From NCBI GenBank assembly GCA_963749495.1, contig CAVVMW010000015.1, positions 288,001-352,000 of the forward strand: a DNA stretch of 64,000 bases. The letters are read 5' to 3'. Under the pieces are notes generated by a model. That model did no database searches. It saw only the letters and a list, made by a program, of their open reading frames with translations, and was not told the DNA's origin. Made by a program: the position numbers and the translations under genes. Within the stretch, counting starts at the first letter, position 1; every line of letters begins with the position of its first letter. The DNA is from an uncultured bacterium. Its GTDB lineage: Bacteria; Verrucomicrobiota; Verrucomicrobiia; Limisphaerales; UBA8199. This document shows positions 32,140 through 43,331 of the stretch, one piece after another.

Positions 32140-32957
32140 TTCCGCGTGTTCCGCGTATTCGGCGGTTCATTCTTCTTCGGGGCTTTCCCAGCCTCGCCGG
32201 CCATGGAAACCAATCTCATTGATGAGGCAGAATCCTGAGGGCAACCGCGGAATACGCGGAATACGCGGAAGACAGAGCCGCTCAGCGATCCCGAGTGGGG
32301 ACTCGGCCGGCATTGGGGCAGCCCCATTTCATTGCGGTGGCAATTAGATCTGTAACCGCGAATGAACGCCAATGAACGCGAATAGAGAGCCCGTTTTGAT
32401 AGACTCGTCCAGCCTGCAACCCCGTTGAGTGCAACCGCGAATGAACGCCAATGAACGCGAATAGAGAGCTGCTTCGGAAGGAAGAGGTTTACAAGGTGGT
32501 GGGGAGCGCCATCGAGGTGCTCAATGGCATCGGACACGGCCTGCACGAGAAGCCGTATGAGAACGCGCTGGTGGTGGAATTCGGCCCGGCTGGGATTCCG
32601 TATGCGCAGCAGCCGCGGTATCCGGCAGTGTATAAAGCCGTGACAGTGGGTGAATACGTGCCGGATCTCATAGCGTTTGATGGTGTCGTGGTGGACACCA
32701 AGGTCATTGATGCGATTACCGATCACGAGCGCGGGCAGATGCTCAACTATTTGCGCATCACCGGCCACAAGGTCGGCGTGATTCTCAATTTCAAGCGCGC
32801 CAAACTCGAATGGGAGCGCATCGTCCTGGACCGTGCGCGCTGAGAAACTTAACCGCGAATGAACGCCAATAAACGCGAATGAAAACGAGCTTCCGCCTGC
32901 CACGACACCTTCACAATACTCCTGCTGATTCGCGTCCATTCGCGTCCATTGGCGGTT
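32140..32957. repeat. Six AACCGC-headed triplet repeats around the GxxExxY gene
   Basis: 32140-32167(-) and 32243-32270(+) have a 9-nt period. 32354-32390(+) and 32433-32469(+) are identical 37-mers. 32851-32880(+) and 32928-32957(-) have a 10-nt period. Confidence 0.9.
32451..32843 (+). CDS. GxxExxY protein (PD-(D/E)XK-like nuclease family)
   Basis: IGHGLHEKPYENAL (G-L-H-E-K-P-Y), YVPDLIAFDGVVVDTK, QMLNYLRITG..VGVILNF. Confidence 0.92.
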   Translation: MNANRELLRKEEVYKVVGSAIEVLNGIGHGLHEKPYENALVVEFGPAGIPYAQQPRYPAVYKAVTVGEYVPDLIAFDGVVVDTKVIDAITDHERGQMLNYLRITGHKVGVILNFKRAKLEWERIVLDRAR

Positions 32958-33092
32958 ACCCGCCGCCGCCGGGCGTCTCGGTCCGCAAGCGGTCGCCGGC
33001 GTGGCAGTAGCCGGCGCCCCGGCGCTGGGCTCTGATATTCCGCATGGGAGATTTGCTTTGACGGCTCCGGGATTTCGGCATAGCTGACTGAA

Positions 33093-35019
33093 ATGCGCAT
33101 TATGGTTTCACTGGCTGCGTGCTTCCTCTGCCTCACAGGACCGCTCGGACACACTGCCGAACTCGAACTACGCGCCAGGGTCGGCGAAGCCAACGGTGTG
33201 AGCCTCATCGAGTACCTGGTCGGGGTCCACTCTGGTCGGGCGTTCGGCGGAGGCCGCGCCGGCCGGCGTGGAACTCCGGCTGCCGGAGGCCAAGGCCGTG
33301 CCGGTGCAGTTCCGCACGAGCAATCATCATGACCACGAGATCGAACTCGGACCGGCCAAGGTCGGCGCGCTTACCCTGCGGCTGCGGCTGGTGCAAAAGA
33401 CGCCGTCCCTGGTGGAACGCGTGCTGGAAGTCGGCGCGGACGCACCGCAACGCTTCGCCATCACCTTCCCGCTCGACGTGACTGTGGAAGGTGAATTCGC
33501 CTCGTTTTCCGGCCCGGAAAGGGCTCGAACGCTTTACGACACGGTACGCGGTTCGGCCAGGGTCGAGACCTTCCCGGTGGCGATGGTCCGGACGGCTCGC
33601 CAGGTCTTTGGCTTGATCGCGGACTCGCCCGGCCTGTGGGAAAACCGTTGCCAGGTGCTCCTGGACCCGCTCGCCCACCAGTTGGCGGTCCTGACCGGCG
33701 ATGGGCGCGCTCCCTATCCACTCGTCATTAAGCCCCCGGAAGACGCGCGCGACACCTACCAATACCAGATGGACGGCTGGCAATCCCTGGCGGCCGGCGA
33801 AACCCGCCGCTTTACAACCTGGGTTTTCGCCAGCCCGGCGCGCTCCCATTATGACGCGCAGGTGGCCGCTCATCTCGCCGTCGCCAATGGCAAGGGCTGG
33901 AACTCCTGTCTCGTCGAGGCCATCCTGCGAAACACCTCGCTCTACCTGCTGCGCCGTAACCTGGCCCTCGATGCCAACAACCAGCCGCGTGACGGGCGCT
34001 ACATCTTCATCTCCGGCCCCGGTTACGGATGGAAGCAATGGGTCTCGGATGGCTTCTACACCGCGTTGGGGCTGGATGACCCGGAGAAGACCATCGAGTC
34101 CAACCGCGCAGTGTTCTGGACCCGCATGGATTACGAAGACAACGCGCAGTATTACCTCATCTGGGCGGTGCTCATGAAACGCGCGGGAGGCACGGTCAAC
34201 GACACGCTCGCCCGCCAAGCTTACCAGTTCCTTCGCCACAACGAGAAAGGCGGCCTGTTCATTCCGCCCCCCTTGCCGGGTGCGCCCAATGCCAAGGGAT
34301 GGAAGACGTATCACGACGTGTTGCCTTACGACGATGACGATTCGCCCGCCAGCGATCAGGGCTTCCATTGTGGGGCATTGCTCGCGGCGAAAGAACTGGG
34401 ACTCGGTGTCACTGACCAGGACATCGAGCAGGCGATTGCGGCGTACCGGTCGCTGTTCAACAGCGAGCGGGGGTTCATGCCCACCAGCCGCAAGCAGCGC
34501 AACGTCCTGGGACAGGACACGCTCTACGGGGCAACGCTGACATACGCGGTGTTCGGGAAGAAACTGCTCACCGATGAGCAGGTCCTGACCCACGTTCGCA
34601 CCTCGGAGAAAGTGAAGACGCCCTACGGTCTGCGCGTCATTTCCCAAGCCGACGGCTCGTTGCTGCCCGGCCACAGCGGCGTGTATTGCTACGGCGGCTC
34701 CTGGTTCCTGAATGACGCCGCGAATTACCTGTTGGCGGGCGTCCACGGTCTGCCGGCGGCCGAAGTGGATGCGCTGCTGGTCGAGCGCATCGCGCGGGAA
34801 ATCGCCTACGCGCCCGCTTTCAATGAATCCATCAGCACCGTCACCGGGAGGCCGCACGGCCACATCCTCTACTCGTGGAACTCCGGCTACTGGTGGCTCC
34901 GGCGGGAAATCCGCAAGCGACTTGGCCAAACCGGCCCAGACCCGGTGAACGCCGCCATAGACCGGCGGTTCGCAGTGGCCCTGCAAGACGGCAGGTTGCG
35001 GCTGGAACCAGAACATTAG
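33093..35019 (+). CDS. Secreted hypothetical protein, possible (alpha/alpha)6 glycosidase-like C-terminal domain; frameshift near 33260
   Basis: Signal peptide in 33093-33260, then a 583-aa ORF with protein-like composition (KQWVSDGFY, TPYGLR, YCYGGSWFLND). Confidence 0.65.
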
Positions 35020-35264
35020 CTGCCACGAAAATTACCAGGTCTTCATTGCCCGGGCGGATGGAACGGGGAAGAGACACATCGACACCGTATGTCATGCGCC
35101 TGGCGGACCACCTTGAACGGCGTCTCACCGATTTGAAACGTGGCCAGGCGGCCATGTGGCTGCGGTGGCAGCCCACATCAGGTGAAGCTTGGTGAGCCGA
35201 CTTCTGGAGAAGGCTCAACGGAGTGGCGAGGGTACTAGAAGCAGATTCACGATTCTGCTGGTTC

Positions 35265-35553
35265 ACCCGAGTCCAAGTATGTGGGCGGACCGATCCAGGA
35301 AAACAAAGACAAGGTGGCCAAGGCCAATCCCATCACTTTTATCACCGCGAAGACCCCGCCATTTCTGATCGCGCACGGCGACTCGGACCCGTTGGTCCCG
35401 CATCACCAGAGCGAGTTATTGGAAGCGGCGCTCAAGGCAGCCGGTGTGCCGGTCACGTTCTACACCGTCAAAGGAGCGGGACACGGGTTTCACGATCTCA
35501 CCGCGGACAAAATGATGATGGAGTTCTTTGCGAAGTACTTGAAGGCCCAATGA
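35265..35553 (+). pseudogene. Alpha/beta hydrolase (esterase) C-terminal fragment
   Basis: ANPITFITAKTPPFLIAHGDSDPLVP..QS...GAGHGF. Confidence 0.8.
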
Positions 35554-35574
35554 CAAACCGACAGACACCAGCAA

Positions 35575-35750
35575 TCCACGTTGGTCCACAACTCTTCCTC
35601 GCTGGCCGGCTCAGGCACCGAGCGACTTGGCCTGGCTCCCGGCGCTGTTACCCACATCAGCGGGCCCTCTTCGATTTCCCCCTTCCAGAAGGCCTGATTG
35701 CGCTGCAGGGGTTTCAGCCGCTGCTTTTCTTCGATGTAAATGGTTTCCAT
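35575..35750 (-). pseudogene. N-terminal fragment, uroporphyrinogen decarboxylase/methyltransferase-like
   Basis: RNQAFWKGEIEEGPLMWVTAP...ELWTNVD. Confidence 0.4.
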
Positions 35751-35818
35751 TACGGCACGCTCCGATTCCCGCTCTTCTCTTGCGCCACATCCAGCCGCGA
35801 CACTTCAAAAGGAACTCA

Positions 35819-38426
35819 TCATTCGGGATCTCGGATCAGTTTAAAGGTTTCGATGGACCACGCCCCGACGGGCGCCTGAAAGGCGGTGCGCTGCGAGACA
35901 CATTCCGCGCGACTGTCCTCCAAGAGGTCCGTGGCGTGGACGGCGTCGATCTTCAGGTGGCTGGCAAGGGTAATCCGGGCGGTGCAGGAGGATCCGGTGG
36001 ATTCATAACAGCGCAAGAGAAGGTCATCCGAATCCTCCGCCTTCTTCAACACAGAGACGATGACATTCTCCGGCGTCACTTCGAGGAATGAATAGCGTGA
36101 AGGGAGCTCGCCGGGATGCTGCGTCCCGGCAATGGCGATCGGCGGGTTATTCCATTCGTGTCCGCGGCGGGGAACCCCCGCCTCGTGCCAGCCTCCCGGA
36201 TGCGGGTACAAGGCATAACGGATCCGGTGCAGCACCTCGCTCTTCTGTCGCGGCGACCGGATGATCGGGGCTGCGCAGAACACTCAGTCGGATAACGTTC
36301 GGCGCAAAGTCATGGCCGTAGCGACTGTCATTAACGAGGCTCACCCCGTAGCCGTTCTCCGAGATGTCCACCCAATTCTGCGCCACGCACTCTTCGCCGT
36401 TGCTCGCGCGCGCGATCGCGCCGTAGGGAATCTCGCAGGTCGCCACGGGAGCAGATACGCTCAAGGGAAACGCCACTTTGACCATCCGGTTCTTTCCCTC
36501 CCAGTCGATCGTCAGTTCGAAGTCGATCCGTGGCACGGCTTGCGCCAAAGCGACGCGTTGGGTGAACCGCGCGAGGCCGAACTTCTTCTTCACCTCAAGC
36601 GCCGTGCGCACCGGCCCGTGTTCAACCCAGGCGATTTGCGGATCCGACACCACGTCCCAGGATCGGCCGTCCCATACATTGTGCTCGGGCTCGCCCTGCC
36701 GGCTCCTCAGGAAACCCTCGGAATCGCCGAAGTCCTCCAACACCTGGATGAGGTTGCCTTGGCCCCGGGGGGCAAGGACCTCGCGCCGGTTGGCCTTGTC
36801 GAAAATGCTCGCGAGACAGCCGGTGGCGGGATCAACCCGGACCTTGAAGAACCCGTTCTCCAACTCGTACACCGGCATCGTCCGCACAGCGTCTGTTTTC
36901 GGGGCCGGCCTTCCGGTGCAGACCCAGTAAGTGCGGTAGCCCAGGGACGGCAGCCCCGCCGCGGTGAAGGCGCAGTGGACCCAGGTCCGCCCGTTTCGCT
37001 TCTCCCGGCCCAAGATCTGGACCGCGGTGCGTCTTCCCTGGTCATCCATCACGACCGCGGCGCGGGTCGAGTCGTCGCACTCCAATTCACACTCCGCGAC
37101 TTCCGTCCGCTCCCAGGCCAGTGGATTAAACACCACCACGGGAACGCCGCGGCCTTTGGTGTGAATGCGTGCCACCATGGCGCCCAGCGTGGCCTTGAGC
37201 TCCGCGCTCACCGTGGTCTGCACATCGCGATAGTACTGCAAGGCGTCGTCAATCGCAGGCGGCACATCCGTTCCCGAAATCGTGTCATGAAATTGGTTGA
37301 GCATCACTTTCTTCCAGGCGTCGAAGAATAGGGCTCGCGGATAGGGACGCACTCTCAACCACGCCGCGATGGCCGAAAACTTCTCCGCGGTCAGGAGCAG
37401 GTTCTCGCTTTGGCGGTTGCCCTTCTTAATCTCCCCCACCGAGGTGTAGGCGCCTCGGATGGTCGGCGCGAGTTCGGTTCGAATTACCGGAAAGTCATGT
37501 CGCTCACGAAGCACGGCCTCAACAAACTGGGCGGGTGTGCTAAACCTGAGCGTGGCTGGTTTGTCGTCGGTCTCTTTCTGTGCCATCAACCGTCTCATCC
37601 GCTCAACGTCCGCGGCGATAGCCCCGCCGCCATGGTTCCCGACGCCGATCAACGTCAGGTCGTCCTTGACCCCGTAGCGCTGGTTCATCGCGAGCAACCG
37701 CTGGTTCACCGCCTCCTGCGGCGGCAAATTCTCCCCGTCATGGATCATCGGTTTGTAGGCAAAGACACGGGACCCGTCGGGTGCTTCCCACCAGAACATC
37801 GATTCCCCTTCGCCACGGGGCCGGGTGAACATATACGAATCCATGCCACTCTTCTTGAGGATCTGCGGATAAGTCCAGGGATGCGTCCAGGCGTCCTGAA
37901 ACCAGGCGGTCCGGACGTCAATCCCGAAGACACGCCGAAAATATCGTTTCCCGTAGAGACACTGCCGCACCAATGACTCGCCGGATGGCACGCTGGCGTC
38001 CACCTCGCACCACAAGCCGCTGCCAATCGCCAACCGCCCGTCCGCCCCGCCGGCCTCGGGATTCGGAAGGCGATCCTGCATGGCTTCCCGCCGGTGGGCA
38101 TAATAACGCAACCGGTAGAAGAGTTTCGGATCCAAAGCCTCCAGCGGCTCAATGGCCGGCACCTGCAGGTAGGTGAACGTGTAATCGGGAAACTTCTCGA
38201 AGTTGGCGAAAGCCGTCTCCAGCGTGTGCTCCGCCACGATCTGTACGGTCTCCGGTTCGTAACGCCACCACCAGGCAAGATCAATGTGAGACTGCGGGAT
38301 CACGTGCAGTGTCAGATCGCCGAGCGGGACCGCCCCGCCAGCCTCAGCGTGCCCGGCAGCCCGGCCTGCCAACTCGCCCGGCACCACCAATCCCACAACG
38401 GTTATGCAGACAGCCCAGTTGCGCAT
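35819..38426 (-). CDS. Alpha-mannosidase (GH38); frameshift near 36237
   Basis: SHIDLAWWW, GESLVRQ..YG, FWWEAPDGS, GVGNHGGG, NQFHD..SGT, VVFNPLAW, EIPYG, LSVLRSP, LKKAED..LLLRCYE. Confidence 0.9.
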
Positions 38427-38557
38427 AAATTGTTGTAGTAGATGATCCGTGGCGGTGTCAGGCCTTGTTTCTCCGACTGCGCCCAAGCCGGAGGGACCAA
38501 ACAAGCCGCCGCCGCGCTGCCCAGAAACTCTCGTCGCGTCAATTGCATGCTCTTCCT

Positions 38558-41070
38558 CTACGGGCCAACCTTTTCATAATGGATCACTATCGCGCTGGGG
38601 CGATCGTTCAACACGACAGGCAGACCAATCTCCATCAACTGTTGGCCCGTGATGACGTTGGCCTCCGGTGAGTCCAGGTTCCGAACCCTGTAGCGGGCTT
38701 CGGGGTCCAGGCCGTGGAGCCGCAGGTCAGCCGTCTTATAGATGCTCTCGCTCCGCCTGAAGACCTGCACCAGGCCCGTGCCGCGGTCTGGCCGGTCGAA
38801 CTGCCAGCCCATCCAGGACGTGTTCTCAAGGCTGTACGGTGTCAGCGGATAGTAATCCCCGAGATAGCAGTCGGCCACGCGACGGAACTGCTGGCACAAC
38901 TGTCGCATCAGTTCGTAGTCGGCGTCTTTGACGCGCACGTCCCAGATGCAGTTCAAGAGGGGGACCATGTTGCTGCGAAAGTCGTAGGCGGCGAAGTTCC
39001 CCGTCCCGGTCCCGCTCAAGGGGATCCAGAACGAAATCCCGTAGCTATGACATTGGGTGCCGACTGGATCGAGCCGGAAATCGGTCCGCCACAGCGGCAC
39101 CGCGCGGCGCATCGTCTCCAGGTCGTTGCGCCGGCCGCCGCTCGCGCAGGAGTTGATCAACAACCCGGGGTGCCTGCGGAGCAACTCATCCCAATAGGCC
39201 AGGTAGCCAGTGATGTGGTGAATCTCGGTGATGCCCTGGCGATCCGGGGCATCGTTCTGCCGCCATAAGCCAAGTGGATCCATGTTGAAGTCCTGGCGGT
39301 ACAGATCGATACCCTGGGCGGTGATCAGATTGCTGACGTGGTCACTTAGCCATTGGCGAGCCTGGGGATTACCCAGGTTCAGCAGGCCGCCGCTCTTGCC
39401 GCCCAGGATCCATTCCGGGTGATTGTCGGCAAGCCACGTGCCCGGGTGAACCCGCTCGGGCTCGAACCAGACGATGGTCTTGATGCCCTTGGAATGCGCG
39501 TAGTCGCTGATGGCCCGCAGACCCCGGGGGAAGCGATTGGTATCGACTTCCCACGTGCCGGTCTTGCCCCAGTTGCCGTCGCAGAAGTACCACCCGGCGT
39601 CCATCCACCAGTAGTCGATTCTCAACCGCTCTTCCAGGTAGCGGGTGATGAATTGCATCTGATTAGCTTCGTTCGCCTCGACCATCTCGCTCGTGAAGTG
39701 CGAACTGCAGCCGAAGAGCATCGGCTCGATTGGTTGGCCGCCCGGCTTGGGTACGTTGTGGGCGAGCATCCAGCGGCGGAAGGTGTTCTGCGAGCGGATC
39801 CGGTCGCCTTTCCAAAGCTGCAATGCGACCAGCGGCGTGCGGACTTCCTCGCCGGGCAGCAGTTTGAAGTGCGTCTGCTCCTGCCCCGCTCGCACCTGCA
39901 ACCCATTGGCCTTGTCTCTTGTGAAGCTCGCCGCCCACTGACCGGGCCAGCCTATCACGGCGATAACACCTTCACCCGGCCACTCGATGTTGAAATAGGG
40001 CCAGTCGCTGTTCGAGCCGCGGCCACCAGTGGTGGCGATGCGTTTAGTCGTCTCACGGGGCAGAACGGTCCGCAGCGGCTGGTAATCATTGGCGCACACG
40101 GGCTCCCGACGTGGTGGTTTAAGACGAACTCGCCCGGCGAGGCGAATCGGGCATAGACCTCGTCCTTCTTCCGCTCGAAACGAGCGTCCAAGGCCTGGAT
40201 GTCCTCGATGATGGGCGTATCCGTTGCACCGCCGTTCTTGAAGAACAATGTCCATTCGACGGTCGGGAAATCGCGGTACTCAATCGCAGCCCAGCGGAGA
40301 ACCAACTTGGTCTTGGGATCGGTCCAGGTGATCCTTCGCTCCGTTCGCTGCGCATCGAGCTTTTTGACGTGGCGATCCAGCTTCCATCTTTCGAGCAGTG
40401 CGGCTGAGGACTGGCCATCGTAGCTGAACGAGAAGGGCCGATCCGTGGAGATCGCCGGGGCCTCCTGTCCCTCAACGATCGGCAGATCCCCCAGCCACAG
40501 GATACGACCGTCGGCCAGCGTGATCTTCGCCTCCGCCCAGTCCGCCTGATCGCAAGTGATGCCGTCGCCGGCGTCACCGACTTCCAGCAGAAATTCCGTC
40601 GCGCCCCCGAGGTCGATGTTAACCCGCTCGGCCGGCATTCCCTCCCGCATGATCCTTGATCGGAACGCCTCCTTTCCGGCGACCGTCACCGAGAACACGA
40701 TGCTGCCGCGCCCCCCGCGCGTCTGCGAGTTGCTGTCCACCCCGACGAAGGACGAGAAGGCTCGGCCCGGAGCGGGCAAACGCACTGCCACCTTGCTGGC
40801 GGCATGGCAGAAGACCCCACGCGCGTACTCCGTCTTGCCGATCGCCAGCGGCTGTCCCATCCGAGTGTTCAGGCACAACTCGTCGAAATTGGCCAGCACG
40901 GCCAGCCCCCATTGGGGTGGGGCCGCGCGCTTTTCGCCGTCAAACTTAGCGGCCAGCCAGCCGTGGAGCTCCTGCATTTCGGCGGAGCCCTCCGCAACCG
41001 GTGGAACCTCTGCCGCCCAACCCAGTCGAGCCAGCATCACCACCGTGATCAGTCGCCTCATCGCTCCCAT
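38558..41070 (-). CDS. Alpha-galactosidase (GH36-like) with NPCBM/NEW2 domain; frameshift near 40090
   Basis: NPCBM (GVFCHA..GVD..DAGDG..DQADWAEAK), WWMDAGWY, WFEPERV, LYRQDFN, SCASGGRRND, GDYYPLT. Confidence 0.88.
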
Positions 41071-41365
41071 AGTCGCGCGTACTTGACCGGCAAGCACCAG
41101 GAATCCGACAACTGCGCCGAAGCAACTGGACGGGCGGCGAGTCAGTGTGGTCTGACAAATAGGAGTTTGCTGTTCGGCCACGCTGGGAGGGTGCCTGAAT
41201 TGACGGAGTTGGCCAAGGCCAAACACAATATGCTTGCATGGACCCAAAAAGGCGTGAGGATTGTGCCCAGAGCCAGCACAGCACGAATGACCAAGCCCAG
41301 TAAAAAATCTGCAGAAAAGCGCCGAAACCTCAGCGGGTGGGCTCTGGGTTCTTTGCAGGATTTTT

Positions 41366-42388
41366 ATGCCCGAGCTGCGTAAAGACATCGTCACGGAAGG
41401 TTGGGTGATTATTGCCACTGACCGCGCGAAGCGGCCGCAGGACTTCAGCAGTCCTCCACCCGAGCCAGAACCCCATGTCTGTCCGTTTTGTCCGGGGAAT
41501 GAGAACCAAACACCGCCGGAGCTTTGGGCGGCGCGAGGGAGCACCGGAGCGAACCAAAAGGGTTGGAAAGTGCGTGTTATCCCCAACAAATTTCCGGCGT
41601 TAAGGATCGAAGGGGAGATGAATCGGGAGGCGGAAGGCATTTACGACCGGATGAATGGGATCGGCGCGCACGAGATCGTCATTGACACCCCCGAACACAC
41701 CCAGGCGGTGGAAGAGCAAACGGTTCCGGACATCGCCTTGGGATTGACGGCGTGCCGGGAACGGATGCTGGACCTGCAGCGGGACGTGCGCTTCCGGTAT
41801 ATCCTGGTCTTCAAGAATGTCGGGCGCGAGGCCGGAGCCTCGCTTCGCCACTCGCACTACCAACTGATTGCCACTCCGGTGACGCCGTCTCGTGTGAAGG
41901 CCAAACTCGCCGGCGCCCGGGATTACTATCAGCGTAAGGAGCGCTCCGTGTTTTACGATATCCTGCGGCAGGAACAGCGCGAGGGCAGCCGCGTCGTGTT
42001 CGAGAATGCCGGCTTTTTGGTCTTCTGCCCATTTGCATCGAGATTTCCGTTTGAGTTGTGCCTCTTGCCAAAACGGCAAGCAGCCGACTATTGCAGCATT
42101 GAGCCGGAGGAGATATTGCACTTGGCCGAGGCCTTGAAGGTCACGTTGGGCAAGCTCCACCAGGGCCTTAACAACCCGCAGTACAACCTCATCCTCCAGA
42201 CCGCGCCCTCGCGCGCAGGGCATCGGCGCAGCGGCTACTGGGATACCATCGACCAGGACTTTCGCTGGCATATCGAGATTTTGCCGCGGCTGACGCAAAC
42301 TGCGGGGTTTGAATGGGGGACAGGGTTCTACATCAACCCAACTCCCCCCGAGGAGGGTGCGGCCTACCTGCGAGAAGTGGGACGGTGA
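41366..42388 (+). CDS. galT: Galactose-1-phosphate uridylyltransferase family protein
   Basis: ELRKD...RAKRP, CPFCPGNE, RVIPNKFPAL, GAHE, FKN.G..AGASL.HSH.Q, WHIEI.PR, AGFEWGTG..IN..PE. Confidence 0.88.
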   Translation: MPELRKDIVTEGWVIIATDRAKRPQDFSSPPPEPEPHVCPFCPGNENQTPPELWAARGSTGANQKGWKVRVIPNKFPALRIEGEMNREAEGIYDRMNGIGAHEIVIDTPEHTQAVEEQTVPDIALGLTACRERMLDLQRDVRFRYILVFKNVGREAGASLRHSHYQLIATPVTPSRVKAKLAGARDYYQRKERSVFYDILRQEQREGSRVVFENAGFLVFCPFASRFPFELCLLPKRQAADYCSIEPEEILHLAEALKVTLGKLHQGLNNPQYNLILQTAPSRAGHRRSGYWDTIDQDFRWHIEILPRLTQTAGFEWGTGFYINPTPPEEGAAYLREVGR

Positions 42389-42647
42389 GGCGAGCCGCGA
42401 CCGGGGGGCCTAATGCGGACTCAATCCTGACGCGTTTGCCGTAGCGTTCTGCCATGCAGTCAAGGAACCCTCTTTGCACCGGCTCCACCCGCAGGGCAAA
42501 CTTGGGCCGCGCCGAATGCGAGAAGCGGCAGACATCCGCTGGCTCTGCTGCTGGCGAAATCTCCGCAGGTTTCTGCTCGGCATCGCCAGCGTCATCCTCG
42601 TAAGATGGCTAAGAATGTCGTGGCGGCAGGCACAGGCAAATCCGATG

Positions 42648-42985
42648 CTACAGCTCCTCGGGGCGAGGCGACTGGTTCGCCTGGGCGACCAGCTCCCGGG
42701 TCTTCGTAAACTGGCCAGCCCGGAAAAGGCGCCCCTTCGTCTGCCCCAGGTGCATATCCTGCTCCGCCGGGGGCAGCCCGTGCAGCCAGGCGCCCAGGGT
42801 CAGCGGGACGGCCGCGGCGCCCCCGTTCAGCCGCGCCCGAGCGGCCTTGATGGCGGCTCGGACCTCCTCGCGCATCTTCCCTGCGGCCTCCAGCGCCTGG
42901 CGCATCAACCCCGGGTCGCGCCGAGTGAGGTACTCCTGGATCTCGACGTGGAGCTCCCTCGCCTGAGTGACAACGGGAGCCGGAT
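42648..42985 (-). pseudogene. Fragment resembling the C-terminus of a phage head morphogenesis (minor capsid) protein
   Basis: TLGAWLHGLPPAEQDMHLGQTKGRLFRAGQFT..ELV...PEEL resembles the TYxxWL..Q.EVLG..KA.LFR.G tail. Confidence 0.45.
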
Positions 42986-43147
42986 CCCCACGCACCAGCG
43001 GACCACGTTGGCCAGCGCCGTGACGTTCAAATCGACGTTGATCTCCGTTTTCAGGACTTGCCGGGTGGCCACGGCATCGGCTACAGTCTGGGCGTGCAGG
43101 CGAACCTGGCCAGTCCGGCACCAGGAATCGCCTGTTTACGCGGGCTT

Positions 43148-43187
43148 GCCAGAGTAGCTCAGGGGTAGAGCAGAGGACTCATAAGCC
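43148..43187 (+). tRNA. 5' half of tRNA-Met/Ile (anticodon CAT), truncated in the anticodon stem
   Basis: GCCAGAG-TA-GCTCAGGGGTAGAGC-A-GAGGA-CTCATAA-GCC; no T-arm or 3' acceptor strand follows. Confidence 0.85.
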
Positions 43188-43331
43188 GATTTTGGCCGTT
43201 TTCACCGCGTTTCACGGCGTCTCTCGGCGCACCCCAAACCTTCATCCTGCCCCGTGTCTGCCGAGTCGAAATGCGTTTTTGGCCCGGTTTTACCGGGTCG
43301 GAGGATGATTTTGCAAAAGTAAGCACAAAAG

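Noticed and set aside
32354..32469. CRISPR array (37-nt repeat, 42-nt spacer)
   Set aside because: Only two identical copies. The repeat is itself an internal 10-nt tandem and overlaps a start codon, other copies are inverted, and there are no cas genes in the window.
31004..32957. Diversity-generating retroelement or retron
   Set aside because: No reverse transcriptase, and no TR/VR pair with adenine-specific mismatches seen.
2405..40100. Programmed frameshifting or phase variation in large genes
   Set aside because: The shifts (about 2411, 13469, 14152, 15394, 19903, 36237, 40090) are single-base indels, mostly in short runs, across unrelated genes with no shared slippery motif. This is typical of sequencing error.
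42648..43121. Intact prophage
   Set aside because: Only short phage-like fragments; no terminase, capsid, tail or integrase gene in the window.
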